A DNA stretch of 64,000 bases. It comes from Candidatus Marinacidobacterales bacterium. Lineage in GTDB: Bacteria; Acidobacteriota; Vicinamibacteria; Marinacidobacterales; SMYC01. This document shows positions 22,844-33,288 of this stretch, piece after piece. The DNA is taken from assembly GCA_965237955.1 (NCBI GenBank), contig OZ250169.1, forward strand, positions 1,856,001 through 1,920,000. Reading direction: 5' to 3'. The translations under genes and the position numbers were made by a program. Every line of letters begins with the position of its first letter. Positions within the stretch are counted from its first letter, which is position 1. Below the pieces are notes generated by a model. That model made no database searches and was not told the DNA's origin. It worked only from the letters and a program-made list of their open reading frames with translations.

Positions 22844-23548
22844 ATGTCTACCTTCAGCGCGAAAGGATCGGACATCGATGTCGAGGCCATCATGGCCAAC
22901 ATCCGAAAGAAGATCGAAGAGAAGCGCAAAGGGCTCTACACGGAAGAAGAAGTTCGCGAGATCGCGGAGATGCGGCTCGACGCTATTCTCGACAGCAACG
23001 AGTTCAATAGTGATTTCGTCGCGGCGTTTCGGGCGCGGGACGAGCAGTGGAACTACACGTTTACTCCCGAAACGATTTATGCGTCGTCGCGAGCGGGAGG
23101 GGGTGGGCTCATCCGCTCGCTGCGCGGGCTTTTGAATCCAATTCTCAAGCTGTTCTTCAATCCCAATCCCATGATCAGCGCGCTCTCGCGCCAGTCGGAT
23201 CTAAATCGCTACTACGTGCTCATGCTGCACAACATGACTACGGAGATGACCCGGCTGAACCTCGAGCTCACGAACCTCAAAGCGCGGCTTCGAACCTTAG
23301 GCGTCCGGGTCGACTTCCAGACGAAACGCGAAAAGACGTTCGAGCAGCTCGAGTCGGGCCAGAGGAGAGAGACGCGAGAGACGCGAGAGACTTCATCTTC
23401 AACTTCATCGAACGAAGGCCGTCGCCGCGGGCGAGGTGGTGGCGGCGGACGGCGCCCCTACCGTCGTCGCCGTGGGGGAAGAGCGAGCGGCGGCGGTCGC
23501 GGTGGTGATTCCGGCTCCAGAGACGGTGGCGGTGGAGGCTCGAAGTAA
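22844..23548 (+). CDS. Hypothetical protein with coiled coil and RG/RGG-rich C-terminal tail
   Basis: AGGAGG RBS; lies inside the GT operon; tail RRRGRGGGGGRRPYRRRRGG. Confidence 0.8.
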   Translation: MSTFSAKGSDIDVEAIMANIRKKIEEKRKGLYTEEEVREIAEMRLDAILDSNEFNSDFVAAFRARDEQWNYTFTPETIYASSRAGGGGLIRSLRGLLNPILKLFFNPNPMISALSRQSDLNRYYVLMLHNMTTEMTRLNLELTNLKARLRTLGVRVDFQTKREKTFEQLESGQRRETRETRETSSSTSSNEGRRRGRGGGGGRRPYRRRRGGRASGGGRGGDSGSRDGGGGGSK

Positions 23549-23552
23549 CCGC

Positions 23553-24872
23553 GTGCCGGGAGGCTCCCGAGAGACGGTAGCTCTCGGCGCCGCTCGAGCT
23601 TCGACCCGGCCGCGAAGAGACGCCGAGCGGCTTCGACTCGCGTTCGTCGTTCAGCGATACGGCGACGACGTCAACGGGGGTGCCGAGTACCACTGCCGGT
23701 TGATCGCGGAGCACCTGGCGCGGCAGCATCAGGTCGAGGTGTTGACGACCTGCGCGAAGGACTACATCACCTGGCGCAACGAGCATCGAGCTGGGCTTCA
23801 GGTCGTGAACGGTGTTCGGGTGCGCCGGTTCAAGGTCAAAAAAACCCGAGATCCCGATCGCTTCGGCCGTCTGTCGCAAAAAGTTTTTCTGGGTCGTCAC
23901 GACGAGCAAGACGAGCTCGCGTGGCTCGACGAGCAGGGGCCGCTTTCTCCGAAGCTGCTGGCTTTTTTGAAACGCCGGTACGATGAATACGACTACTTTG
24001 TTTTCTTCAGCTATCGCTACTACCACAGCTTCTACGGCGTGCAGGCGGTCGCTCCCAAGGCGGTGCTCGTACCTACGGCCGAGCGGGATGAAGTGATCGA
24101 CCTCGCGATCTTCAAGACGTTGTTCCGCCTCCCGAGGGCCATCGTCTACAACTCCGTCGAAGAACGCGCGATGATCTGGCAGAAGTCGGGTAACCGCAGC
24201 GTGCGCGGCGAAGTCGTCGGAGTCGGCTCCGACGTGCCCGCATCCATCGACCGCGAGCTTTTCCGCACGCGGCAAAGCGGCCAGAACAAATTGGATCGCT
24301 ACATCATCTATATCGGCCGGATCGACCAGAACAAAGGCTGCCGGACGCTCTTCAACTACTATCGCCGCTACCGGGAAGAGACAAGATCGCCTCTCGAGCT
24401 CGTGCTCGTGGGTGGCAAGATGATGGACATCCCGGATGATCCGGGTATTCGCTACGTCGGGTTTTTGTCCGAGGCGGAAAAGTGGAGTGCGCTCACAGGC
24501 GCCGAGCTTCTCGTCATGCCCTCGGAGCTCGAGAGCCTTTCCATGGTGACCAACGAAGCCTGGTCAATAGGAAAGCCGGTTCTCGCGAATGGCAAGTGCG
24601 ACGTGCTGAGGGGCCAGTGCCGTCGCTCGAACGCCGGTCTCTACTTCGACGACTACTACGAGTTCCGGGGCGCGCTGTCGCGGCTCGAGGCCGACAAAGC
24701 GCTTCGCGACGGCCTCGGCCGAAACGGTGAGCGCTATTACCGTGGCCACTATCGCTGGGAAGTGGTAGAGGGAAAGTACAATCGGATGTTGTCGTTACTT
24801 CGCAACGAAGACCGAAAGCGACCACCGGTCATCGCTAGGGACGGTCTTTTGGCACGCCTTTTGGGAAATTGA
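23553..24872 (+). CDS. Glycosyltransferase family 4 (start uncertain)
   Basis: LAFVVQRYG..GGAE, YIGRID..KG and ESLSMVTNEAW motifs. Confidence 0.9.
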   Translation: MPGGSRETVALGAARASTRPRRDAERLRLAFVVQRYGDDVNGGAEYHCRLIAEHLARQHQVEVLTTCAKDYITWRNEHRAGLQVVNGVRVRRFKVKKTRDPDRFGRLSQKVFLGRHDEQDELAWLDEQGPLSPKLLAFLKRRYDEYDYFVFFSYRYYHSFYGVQAVAPKAVLVPTAERDEVIDLAIFKTLFRLPRAIVYNSVEERAMIWQKSGNRSVRGEVVGVGSDVPASIDRELFRTRQSGQNKLDRYIIYIGRIDQNKGCRTLFNYYRRYREETRSPLELVLVGGKMMDIPDDPGIRYVGFLSEAEKWSALTGAELLVMPSELESLSMVTNEAWSIGKPVLANGKCDVLRGQCRRSNAGLYFDDYYEFRGALSRLEADKALRDGLGRNGERYYRGHYRWEVVEGKYNRMLSLLRNEDRKRPPVIARDGLLARLLGN

Positions 24873-24877
24873 GCTGA

Positions 24878-25960
24878 ATGCAGATTCACCAGATGCTCGC
24901 AGCTCTTTCCTATGGAGATGCCATCGGGAATGAAGCGTTGCGCATCCAGCGGATCCTTCGAGAGGGCGGATTCGATTCCGAGATTTTCGCGGAATCGGTT
25001 CACCCCGAGATGGCGGGCTTGGCGAAAAAACTCTGGGATTACCAAAACGTCTCGTCGCCGGACAACCTCCTCATACTCCATTTTTCGATCGGCGCAGGGG
25101 TGAGCACGTTTGCGTACCACTTGCCCGACCCGATTCTTCTCATCTACCACAACATTACGCCGGCGCGTTGGTTCGCGACGTTCCACCAGCATCTCGCCGG
25201 TCTGTGCTACCACGGGCGACGCGAGCTACAGGCGTTCGTTCCGCAAACGCGGCTGGCGCTGGGCGATTCCGAGTTCAACCGTGCGGAGCTCGAGGCGGTC
25301 GGGTTTCATCCGACCGGGGTCCTGCCGTTGCTTCTCGACACCGACCGTCTCGCGGAAGCGCCGAGCCCGGTCGTCGTCGAGATGTTCGATGACGACAAGA
25401 CGAATTTTCTCTTCGTCGGCCGCGTGATCCCGAACAAGTGCTTCCACGATCTCATCAAGGTGTTTGCGTTCTATCAGAAGTTCGTCGATCGCAATTCGCG
25501 GTTGCTGCTCGTCGGCGAGTGGGTGGGGTTCGAGAAGTATTACGAAGCGCTCATCCGGCTCGTCGATGATCTCCAGTTGAAAGACGTCGTCTTCACCGGG
25601 CACGTTGACGACGACGATCTCGCCGCGTACTACGAGGTCGCCGATCTGTTCCTGTGTCTGAGCGAGCACGAGGGCTACTGCGTGCCTCTGATCGAGGCCT
25701 TTCGTTTCGGTGTGCCGGTGATGGCCGCTGACGCGGGCGCGGTTCCCGAAACGCTCGGAGACGCCGGCGTCCTTATCCGCGAAAAACGTATCGATGAGAT
25801 AGGGCTCATGGCGCACGCCATCGTGAGCGACGAAGCGCTCAACCAGAAGATCGTCGAAGCTCAGGACCGCGTGCTCGAGCGCATGAGCTCCCGGGACGAT
25901 GCGGCATTGCTCATGGAGTTCGTGAAGCAGGCGATGGAGCGAGAAACGGTCGGTAAGTAG
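24878..25960 (+). CDS. Glycosyltransferase family 4
   Basis: GDAIGNE, FVGRVIPNK and SEHEGYCVPLIEA motifs. Confidence 0.92.
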   Translation: MQIHQMLAALSYGDAIGNEALRIQRILREGGFDSEIFAESVHPEMAGLAKKLWDYQNVSSPDNLLILHFSIGAGVSTFAYHLPDPILLIYHNITPARWFATFHQHLAGLCYHGRRELQAFVPQTRLALGDSEFNRAELEAVGFHPTGVLPLLLDTDRLAEAPSPVVVEMFDDDKTNFLFVGRVIPNKCFHDLIKVFAFYQKFVDRNSRLLLVGEWVGFEKYYEALIRLVDDLQLKDVVFTGHVDDDDLAAYYEVADLFLCLSEHEGYCVPLIEAFRFGVPVMAADAGAVPETLGDAGVLIREKRIDEIGLMAHAIVSDEALNQKIVEAQDRVLERMSSRDDAALLMEFVKQAMERETVGK

Positions 25961-25961
25961 G

Positions 25962-27050
25962 ATGCGGGTGGGACGAGTCGGACGAGTTGACCAGTGGGTT
26001 CCAGCGGCGCATCGGGGGGATGCGATCGGCGACGAGGCTATCCGCATCCGCGACGTTCTCCGGCGAGCCGGCATGGAGTCCGACGTGTTTTCGTTACATG
26101 TCGACGATGACCTGGCGGGCGAGGTCCTCGAGTTCTCCGAGAGGCCTCAGAGCCCTCGGAGCGATGTCTCGATTCTTCATTTTGCCCTGCCGTCGCCGCT
26201 CACCGAAGCTTTCGTCGAAGCATCCGGCAAGAAAGTCCTCATCTATCACAACATCACCCCGTCTCGATTCTTCGTGAACTACGACAATGAGCTCGTCCGG
26301 ATTGCCGAGGCTGGGACGAGAGAGCTCGTGTCGCTGTCGGACGCGGTCGATCTCGCGCTCGGTGATTCGGAGTACAACCGCGAGGAGCTCGAGAATCTCG
26401 GTTTTGACCGGACTGGGGTTCTTCCCATTTTGATGGACTTCGACGACTACCTGGAGGGGACGCCGAGCCCGGTGATGGAAGAGATGCTGGACGACGGTCG
26501 CGCCAATTTCCTGTTCGTCGGCCGCGTCTATCCGAACAAGCGGTTCGAGGACTTGGCGCGACTCGCGTTCTTCTACAAGAAATATGTGTCCGAAGATTTC
26601 CGGTTCATCCTCGTCGGCAAAGCCGGCCGGATGGAGCGTTACCAACAGTCGGTCCAAGCTCTCGCGGACAAGTGGGGCTTGAGGCCAAGTGAGTTTTTGT
26701 TCACGGGGCACGTGAGCTTTCAAGACCTGCTCGCGTGTTACCGGTGCTCCGATGTGTTCATCAGTATGAGTGAGCACGAGGGCTTCGGAGTCCCCCTGGT
26801 GGAGTCCATGCTCATGGAGCTTCCGGTGTTGGCCTATGCGGCTGCAGCAGTGCCCGATACGCTGGGCGGCGCCGGTATTCAGTTTCGCGAGAAGCGATAC
26901 GAGGAGTTGGCCGAGATGGCCCATTTACTAACGGTCGATGAAAGTTTGAGAAACGCTGTGATCGAATCCCAACAAGCGCGGTTGGAGCGTTTTCATCCCA
27001 ACCGTGTCGAAGCCGATCTACTAGGCTACCTTGAGGAGGTGAGCTCGTGA
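25962..27050 (+). CDS. Glycosyltransferase family 4
   Basis: GDAIGDE, FVGRVYPNK and SEHEGFGVPLVES motifs. Confidence 0.92.
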   Translation: MRVGRVGRVDQWVPAAHRGDAIGDEAIRIRDVLRRAGMESDVFSLHVDDDLAGEVLEFSERPQSPRSDVSILHFALPSPLTEAFVEASGKKVLIYHNITPSRFFVNYDNELVRIAEAGTRELVSLSDAVDLALGDSEYNREELENLGFDRTGVLPILMDFDDYLEGTPSPVMEEMLDDGRANFLFVGRVYPNKRFEDLARLAFFYKKYVSEDFRFILVGKAGRMERYQQSVQALADKWGLRPSEFLFTGHVSFQDLLACYRCSDVFISMSEHEGFGVPLVESMLMELPVLAYAAAAVPDTLGGAGIQFREKRYEELAEMAHLLTVDESLRNAVIESQQARLERFHPNRVEADLLGYLEEVSS

Positions 27051-29002
27051 AGCTGGCATTCATCGTACAACGATACGGGCGGGAGATTCTTGGCGGCTCC
27101 GAGACCCTTGCCCGTCAGCTAGCTGAGCGACTCTCCCGGCGCCACGAGATCACCGTGCTCACGACCACGGCGAAGGACTACATCACGTGGAAAAACGCAT
27201 ACAAACCCGGTGAGGAGAAACAGCGCGGGGTTCGCATAATCCGCTTTCCCGTAGAGGGCGAGCGCGACATCGACGCCTTCAACAAGTTCTCGGAAGGGAT
27301 CTATCAGGGTAAGCCGACGCGCGAGCAAGAGCTCGAGTGGCTCGAGCGGCAGGGCCCGGCGTCGCCCGAGCTCATCGAGTATCTGAAAAAGGAGCACGGT
27401 CGCTTCGACCTAATCATTTTTTTCACGTACCTCTACTACCCGACGTACTATGGTCTCCAAGTAGCACCGGAAAAAAGCGTTCTCGTTCCTACCGCTCATG
27501 ACGAGCCGCCGTTGAAGCTCGGCATTTTCAAGGAGATGTTCCAGCTTCCGAGCTCCTACTTGTTCAACACCGAAGCAGAAGAGCTGCTCGTGCTCGAGCG
27601 ATTCCCGGTGCACAAGAAGATGCGCGAGACCATCGGCATGGGGATGGATCTTCTCGATCAGCCTGACCCGTCGATTTTCCGCAAGCGGCACGCTGTCTCG
27701 GCCAACTACTTTCTCTACGCTGGGCGAATCGACGGAGGCAAGGGTCTCGAGGAGCTTTTTCGATACTTCAGCTTCTACAAGGAAGAGCATCCAGCGTCGG
27801 GGAACCTCGAGCTCATCCTCATCGGCAAGCTCGGCATGAAGCTCCCGAACGACAAATCGATTCGTTACGTTGGGTTCGTGGACGAAGCCGAGAAACTGTC
27901 CGCGATGGCGGGCGCGATCGCCGTGTTCCAGCCGTCGAAGATGGAAAGCCTTTCCATCGTGACCCTCGAAGCGTTCGCCGTCGCTACGCCGGTCATCGCC
28001 AACGCTGCCTCACAGGTCCTCATCGATCACTGCCGCAAAGCGAACGCTGGTTTCTACTATCGTGACTTTGAAGAGTTCGAGGAGATCGTTGGTCTCCTAC
28101 TCTCGGATCGAAACCTCGCGCGAGACCTCGGGAAAAACGGTCAGCGCTACATCAAGGAAAACTACGGGTGGCAGAAGCTTCTGTCGAAGTACGAGCATGC
28201 GCTCAGGAGCTCGGCTCGCCCAGTCAAAGAGCCGAAAGAGCCCAAAGATGCCCGTCGTCGGGATCGTGCTGAGCTCGATTCCGAACGCGAGCCCGAACGC
28301 GAGTCCGAACGCGGGGAAGAAGAGCCGGTCGAGACGAAAGAGCCGGATGCGGCCAGTGAGCGCGCTAACCCCGCTGACAATGCCACGCCCGAACCGAGTA
28401 AGGCTCGGGAAGAGGAGCGCGCGCACCTCGAAGCAGTTTCGGAGTCCGAGGATCCGGATGCAACGCTTGCGGACAACGGGCAGGTCGAAACCGCCGAGCT
28501 CGATCTCAATGCCGTGGCCGAGAGCACCGAGCCCCAAGATGGGGATGCATCGGCCGACCGTGCAGAGCAGGTTGTCGTCGAGCCCGAACCGCCGCCGCCG
28601 CCGGATGAGCCTTCGGAGCCGGTTGAGACCTCGGCGTCATCGGAATCGACGGAACCCCGGCCTGAGCCCCCTGAGCTTAAAGAAGATGAGCCCGCGGAAG
28701 AAGAGGTAGACGAAGACGTCGCGCACCTGCCGAGCTTTTTCCGCGCCGCGATCCCGCCGCGAAAACACGAGCCCGCGGCCAAGCCCCCGGAGGAGCCTCG
28801 TCCGGCCAAGCCTCCGGAGGAGCCTCCGAAACCCGCGTCACCTCCGCCATCGCCACCGCCAGCCGACGGCGGGATTCCGGAGTTCTTTCGTCCGAAACCG
28901 AAAGCCGACTCCGCCTCCAAACTCGAGTCGGAGGAGGTTTCCGATCGCAGCGACACGCAAAAAGCGAGCGACACCCCCGCGCCCGAGTCGACCGTCGAAT
29001 AA
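27047..29002 (+). CDS. Glycosyltransferase family 4 with a long acidic Pro/Glu-rich tail
   Basis: LAFIVQRYG..GGSE and ESLSIVTLEA motifs; about 260-aa low-complexity C-terminus. Confidence 0.9.
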   Translation: MKLAFIVQRYGREILGGSETLARQLAERLSRRHEITVLTTTAKDYITWKNAYKPGEEKQRGVRIIRFPVEGERDIDAFNKFSEGIYQGKPTREQELEWLERQGPASPELIEYLKKEHGRFDLIIFFTYLYYPTYYGLQVAPEKSVLVPTAHDEPPLKLGIFKEMFQLPSSYLFNTEAEELLVLERFPVHKKMRETIGMGMDLLDQPDPSIFRKRHAVSANYFLYAGRIDGGKGLEELFRYFSFYKEEHPASGNLELILIGKLGMKLPNDKSIRYVGFVDEAEKLSAMAGAIAVFQPSKMESLSIVTLEAFAVATPVIANAASQVLIDHCRKANAGFYYRDFEEFEEIVGLLLSDRNLARDLGKNGQRYIKENYGWQKLLSKYEHALRSSARPVKEPKEPKDARRRDRAELDSEREPERESERGEEEPVETKEPDAASERANPADNATPEPSKAREEERAHLEAVSESEDPDATLADNGQVETAELDLNAVAESTEPQDGDASADRAEQVVVEPEPPPPPDEPSEPVETSASSESTEPRPEPPELKEDEPAEEEVDEDVAHLPSFFRAAIPPRKHEPAAKPPEEPRPAKPPEEPPKPASPPPSPPPADGGIPEFFRPKPKADSASKLESEEVSDRSDTQKASDTPAPESTVE

Positions 29003-29122
29003 CTTTACACACCATCTGTAACGGTAAGCTGTTGTCCAGCACGTCGTTACTGTCAACGCCGGCCGAAAACTGCGCATTCATGGCGGATGAAAATTGCACA
29101 CCCGAGCCATGGGTGGCGAACC

Positions 29123-29963
29123 CTATGACGCCGTCGCCTCCGTGTATTTCCTATGAGATTTAGCCGGCGGGTGAGGTTCGTCCGAACCCGCCGGATGGAG
29201 CGCTCGCCACAGTTCGGAGTGCTCTCTCATGCGGTAACTGTTTCCTCGGATGTTGACGAGGTGGCAGTGGTGCAGAAATGCGGTCGATGAGAGCGGCGGC
29301 CATGACTTCGTCGCCAAGGATCTCGCCCCATTCCTCGAAACTTTTGTTAGAGGTGAGCACGGTCGAAGCGCGCTCGTATCGCCTACTTATGAGCTGGAAA
29401 AAAAGCACCGCGCCGGTCTGGGTGACGGGTAGGTATCCGATTTCATCGACAACAAGCAGTGACGGATAACTGAGAACCGCGAGTCGACGAGTGAGGCGGC
29501 CCGCGTCACGAGCCTCTTCGAGGGAGGTGATGAGCTCAGCCAGGGTGCCGTAATAGACGCGCCGTCCATTCTGGGCAGCGGCGATGGCAAGACTAATCGC
29601 GAGATGAGTTTTGCCCACACCAGGAGGTCCCAATAAGACGACGTTCTCCTTACGTTCAACGAACCCGAGCTCGTGAAGGTTCTCAATCTGCTCGCGTTTG
29701 ATCGATGGCTGGAACGAAAAATCGAACTCATCGATTGTTTTGACCGCGGGGAGTCGTGAGGAGCGCATCGCCGCTTGGAGACGACGGTTGTTTCTCAACG
29801 TGATCTGCGCTCCAAGAAGGTTCTCGATGGCCTCCGCCGTTGTGACCGCACCGCCATCGGCATCAGATAGTACGCGGTCGACAGCTTCGAGCGCGCCAGG
29901 CATCTTTAGGTCGGCCAGCATCGTACGGATCTGCTCACGTCGCGATATTGTGCTCGCCTTCAT
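29123..29963 (-). CDS. istB: IS21 helper ATPase IstB (one frameshift near 29277)
   Basis: GPPGVGKTHLA, VVDEIGY and LTSN motifs; C-terminal LHHCHLVNIRGNSYR lies in another frame. Confidence 0.92.
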
Positions 29964-31003
29964 TGTCCACCTCCAACGAGCCGCGTGTAGACTTCGAGGG
30001 GACGATGCTCGACATCCATCGAAGGCAGTGTGGTTAAGCAGGCTTTTGGAGTTCTTCTCGCGGGTTGGTTTGGCAGTACAAGAGAGCGATATGGCCGCTC
30101 AACGAGCGGTCTCAGAGTGGCCCTTTCATCGCGCGCGAATCGTTCTATCGGTCGTTCGTTGGTTGTGCGATGGAGTCGGACGTTGGCGACGTCACTCAGC
30201 CAACGCTCGAGCTGAGCATCGAGGTCGTCATCGTTGATAAAGTGGCGACCGTAGAAGAAGCTTCCTCTCACATAGCGGATTGGCCTTTCCACTTTGCCCT
30301 TGGTCTTCGCCCGATACGGGCGACACGCTCTTGTTCGAAACTCCCAGTGGTGGGCGAAGCGGACGAACTCTGGGTTCTCAACGAGAGGGCCACCTTCCCG
30401 GCGGTGATCCTCGACGATGACCGAACGCATCTGGTCAAAAAGGAGCTCTTTGGGAACTCCTCCAAAAAATAGGAAGGCCTGCTCAAGCCCCGCGAACAAC
30501 GTCCGCATGTCCTGTCGCTTGAAAAACCGAAGCCATAGCAGCCTCGAGTATCCGAGCACCACGAGAAGTGCCCACCGACGACCCCATGGCAAACGAAAGT
30601 GTGCAAAATCGACCTGAGCTTGGTGGCCTGGTGAGGTCTCGAAACGCACCAGCGGCTCCGCCGGTGGCTGTGGGCGAATCTGCCGCACGTACTCCTTGAC
30701 CTGCGTGTAGCCGCCTTCATAGCCCGCGGCACGGATCTCATCATGCAGGCGTACTGAACTCAGCTCCGGGAACTCGTGCAGGCGCGAATGAAGGATCTCC
30801 CGGTACGGGTCGATCCTGCGCTCGATCCGCGGACGCTTCTTGTAGCGCACCGTTTCCTCGTCCAACTCTCGGTCCAGTTGACCCGTCTTTATCCAGTGGT
30901 GGACCGTTCGGCGGCTGATTCCTAGCTTGTCTGCTAGCGCCGCCTTCTTGATTCCCTGCTCCAAATACTCTCGTAGTAACACTCGTTTCTCCCTTCCGTA
31001 CAT
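29960..31003 (-). CDS. istA: IS21 transposase IstA
   Basis: RFETSPGHQAQVDF, LGYSR, FDQM and KTKGKVER motifs. Confidence 0.94.
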   Translation of the reverse strand: MYGREKRVLLREYLEQGIKKAALADKLGISRRTVHHWIKTGQLDRELDEETVRYKKRPRIERRIDPYREILHSRLHEFPELSSVRLHDEIRAAGYEGGYTQVKEYVRQIRPQPPAEPLVRFETSPGHQAQVDFAHFRLPWGRRWALLVVLGYSRLLWLRFFKRQDMRTLFAGLEQAFLFFGGVPKELLFDQMRSVIVEDHRREGGPLVENPEFVRFAHHWEFRTRACRPYRAKTKGKVERPIRYVRGSFFYGRHFINDDDLDAQLERWLSDVANVRLHRTTNERPIERFARDERATLRPLVERPYRSLVLPNQPARRTPKACLTTLPSMDVEHRPLEVYTRLVGGGQ

Positions 31004-31133
31004 CGGCGCCTCCACTCCGGAAACGCCATTCTGATTGAAGGCGCGCCGTCATGTCTGGCACTCCAGACACACGACAACGGCCTCCTTTTACGGATGGCCG
31101 AGTGTGCAATTTACGCCCGCCGCTAACAGTTAC

Positions 31134-31311
31134 ATATAATGAGCGGTCGACGAGGCTTACCAGCACGGGGAAGGTCGTCAGGTTCGACGGCCCCGACACC
31201 TGATTGAAGTCGATCGTAATCGGCTTCCGGCGTGAGAACGTGGCGTCGACACGGGTTGCGCTCGCGCATAGCAAGTACAACCAGCGTGATTCTCGTGATT
31301 GCCCTGTGCAT
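31134..31311 (-). pseudogene. N-terminal remnant of a secreted DUF2341-like protein
   Basis: Signal-like MHRAITRITLVVLA, then in another frame RKPITIDFNQVSGPSNLTTFPVLVSL; ends next to IS21. Confidence 0.5.
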
Positions 31312-31439
31312 GGATTCCCGGCCATGGGTGACGCAAGGCGCGTGTCATGCACGCTCGGGCGCAACTGGCTTCGATGGAATGACTTAGAGTTGTGACGTTC
31401 GAAAATAGGAAAAAAACCGCGTTGGGAGGGGCGAAATCG

Positions 31440-33212
31440 TCAAACGCGCTCGAGGCTTCGAATCGACGTTTGGTAGAGCTTTTCGGTGTGTTCGAAATTC
31501 GAGCGGCGATTCCGCGCGAGCCAGAGCTCTCGGTGTCGGGCCATCAGGCACCGCTGTTCGTGGGCGAGCGTTTTCGGTCGCCGGTGACCGAGGCCCTTCT
31601 CTGCCGCGAAGATCGACGCGTCGATGGCGAAGCGAAGCTCCTCCCTGGCGATCGGCCTCGGCGCGAATCGCTCCTTGTTCCTTGCGAAGACATCGCGGAC
31701 CTTCAAAAGCTTGACGAGCGTGCGCTCGAGCACTTTCGGCTTTACCTGTAGCATGAACGTTCCGTCGATCACATCGTCGAAGTAGACCGACTTGAGTGGG
31801 GAATTGTTGAAGTGGTCGAAGCCCGTTTGGTGCAGCCCTCCGAGACGACGGTAGATCTTTCCGGTAACACCCGAAGGGTCGTCGTAGAGCTGCATCGAGA
31901 ACGCTCGGTCGAACGCGCGCGCGTCGACGTCGCTGGCTCCCCAGCTCGCTTGGGCCCCCCACGCGAAAGTGAACAGCGAATTCCCGAGCAGGTTGTAGTG
32001 TCCGTTGTCGCCCCAGTCGGTATTGATGAACCCTCGTGCACCGAACTTCTTGCCGGCCTCCGCGTGTCCCTTGATGTTGGCGACGGCGTTGTCTCCGCGT
32101 GGGAAGAGAGTGTTCCAGCTCGTCGTGCCAGCACACACCATGAACGGGATGCCGTGTTTTTTGAAAACGCGCACCCGCGCGAAGTCGTGATCCGCTTCGT
32201 ACCGCCAATCGAGGAGCATGAGCTCACGACTCAGTAGAGGAATCTGCTCCGGATGCTCGTGAGCGACGTCGCCCCACACCATCGTCTTTTTCCCAAACGT
32301 TCTCGCGAGTGCTTCCACGCGCTCGAGGTGCGTACGGAAGACAGCGCCACGCCCGTCCTTATCCGCCCACGCTTTGGAACGACCTTGGCCGAGATCGATA
32401 GGCTCGTCGCAATTCGCGTTGAACCAGGTTGAGCGAAAGTTCGGAATGTACTCCGTGTAGAGGTCCTCGAGAAGAGCATAGCTCTCCTCGACCGCCGGCG
32501 AGATCGACCACCGGCGATCGCTTTCGGCGAGATGCCGATAGCGCGGAATCTTCAACAGGTGATGCATGTGCCCGAGAGACTGGAGCGTCGGCACGAGCTC
32601 GACGTGACGCTCGCAAGCGTACGCATCGAGCCTACGAATCTCTGCGGCACTCATCGGCGACGCCCCCTTGCCGATCAGAGGATGCCTGCGGAATTGAAAC
32701 GTGTGCTCGGTGTAGAGCATGAGCAAGTTCAGCTTGAGCTGCACCATGAGGTCGACGATCTCTTCGAGCGTCTCGAGCGTCGGCACTTTCCCGCGCGAGA
32801 CGTCGATGAGTAGACCGCGTTTGTCGAGATCGGGCGCATCGTCGATGTCACACACGGGAATGGACTTGTGCGTGAGCTGCGAGAGCGTCTCGACCCCGTA
32901 CCGAAGCCCGGCGGACCCGCCCCCGGTAAGGGTGACAATGTTCGAGCGCACCCGAATCCGGTACCCCTGTCCCCCATCGCCGCTCCGCCGAAGCTCGATA
33001 CGAGGCCCGAGATCCGTCGTGCGCGCATGCGTCTCAATAGCAAGACCAAAGCCGGTACGACGAGCAATAGCGTCCCGCAGAGCCAAAGCCGACCGAAAAT
33101 CGTCATCGTCGGTACGCGTGAGCACGATAGGCACCGAGGGCCCCAAACGAAACACTCCCTCCCGAAGGCGAAATTTCCGCGGCGTCGGCAAGAGCGCCAA
33201 AGACGAACGCAT
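31440..33212 (-). CDS. Glycoside hydrolase family 20 (beta-N-acetylhexosaminidase-like)
   Basis: DAPDLDKRGLLIDVSRGKVP, SLGH, catalytic CDE and TDWGDNGH motifs. Confidence 0.88.
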   Translation of the reverse strand: MRSSLALLPTPRKFRLREGVFRLGPSVPIVLTRTDDDDFRSALALRDAIARRTGFGLAIETHARTTDLGPRIELRRSGDGGQGYRIRVRSNIVTLTGGGSAGLRYGVETLSQLTHKSIPVCDIDDAPDLDKRGLLIDVSRGKVPTLETLEEIVDLMVQLKLNLLMLYTEHTFQFRRHPLIGKGASPMSAAEIRRLDAYACERHVELVPTLQSLGHMHHLLKIPRYRHLAESDRRWSISPAVEESYALLEDLYTEYIPNFRSTWFNANCDEPIDLGQGRSKAWADKDGRGAVFRTHLERVEALARTFGKKTMVWGDVAHEHPEQIPLLSRELMLLDWRYEADHDFARVRVFKKHGIPFMVCAGTTSWNTLFPRGDNAVANIKGHAEAGKKFGARGFINTDWGDNGHYNLLGNSLFTFAWGAQASWGASDVDARAFDRAFSMQLYDDPSGVTGKIYRRLGGLHQTGFDHFNNSPLKSVYFDDVIDGTFMLQVKPKVLERTLVKLLKVRDVFARNKERFAPRPIAREELRFAIDASIFAAEKGLGHRRPKTLAHEQRCLMARHRELWLARNRRSNFEHTEKLYQTSIRSLERV

Positions 33213-33288
33213 AAGGTGGATTGTACCGAATGCCGAATGCCGAATGCCGACAACTGGATGCTGAATGCTGCTATCCTGCACACTGAGC

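Larger units (their letters stand above)
29051..31128 (-). mobile_element. IS21-family insertion sequence with 5-bp target duplication GTTAC
   Basis: Ends TGTCAACGCCGG.. / ..CGCCGCTAACA; internal AAATTGCACA repeats; GTTAC at 29046-29050 and 31129-31133. Confidence 0.92.

Noticed and set aside
29001-29031. dif-like Xer site (reverse strand GTGTGTAAAGT resembles an XerD arm)
   Set aside because: Only a partial match to one arm, and no XerC arm at the correct spacing.
33226-33250. (CCGAATG)x3 microsatellite between GH20 and rpiA
   Set aside because: Too short to argue for phase variation.
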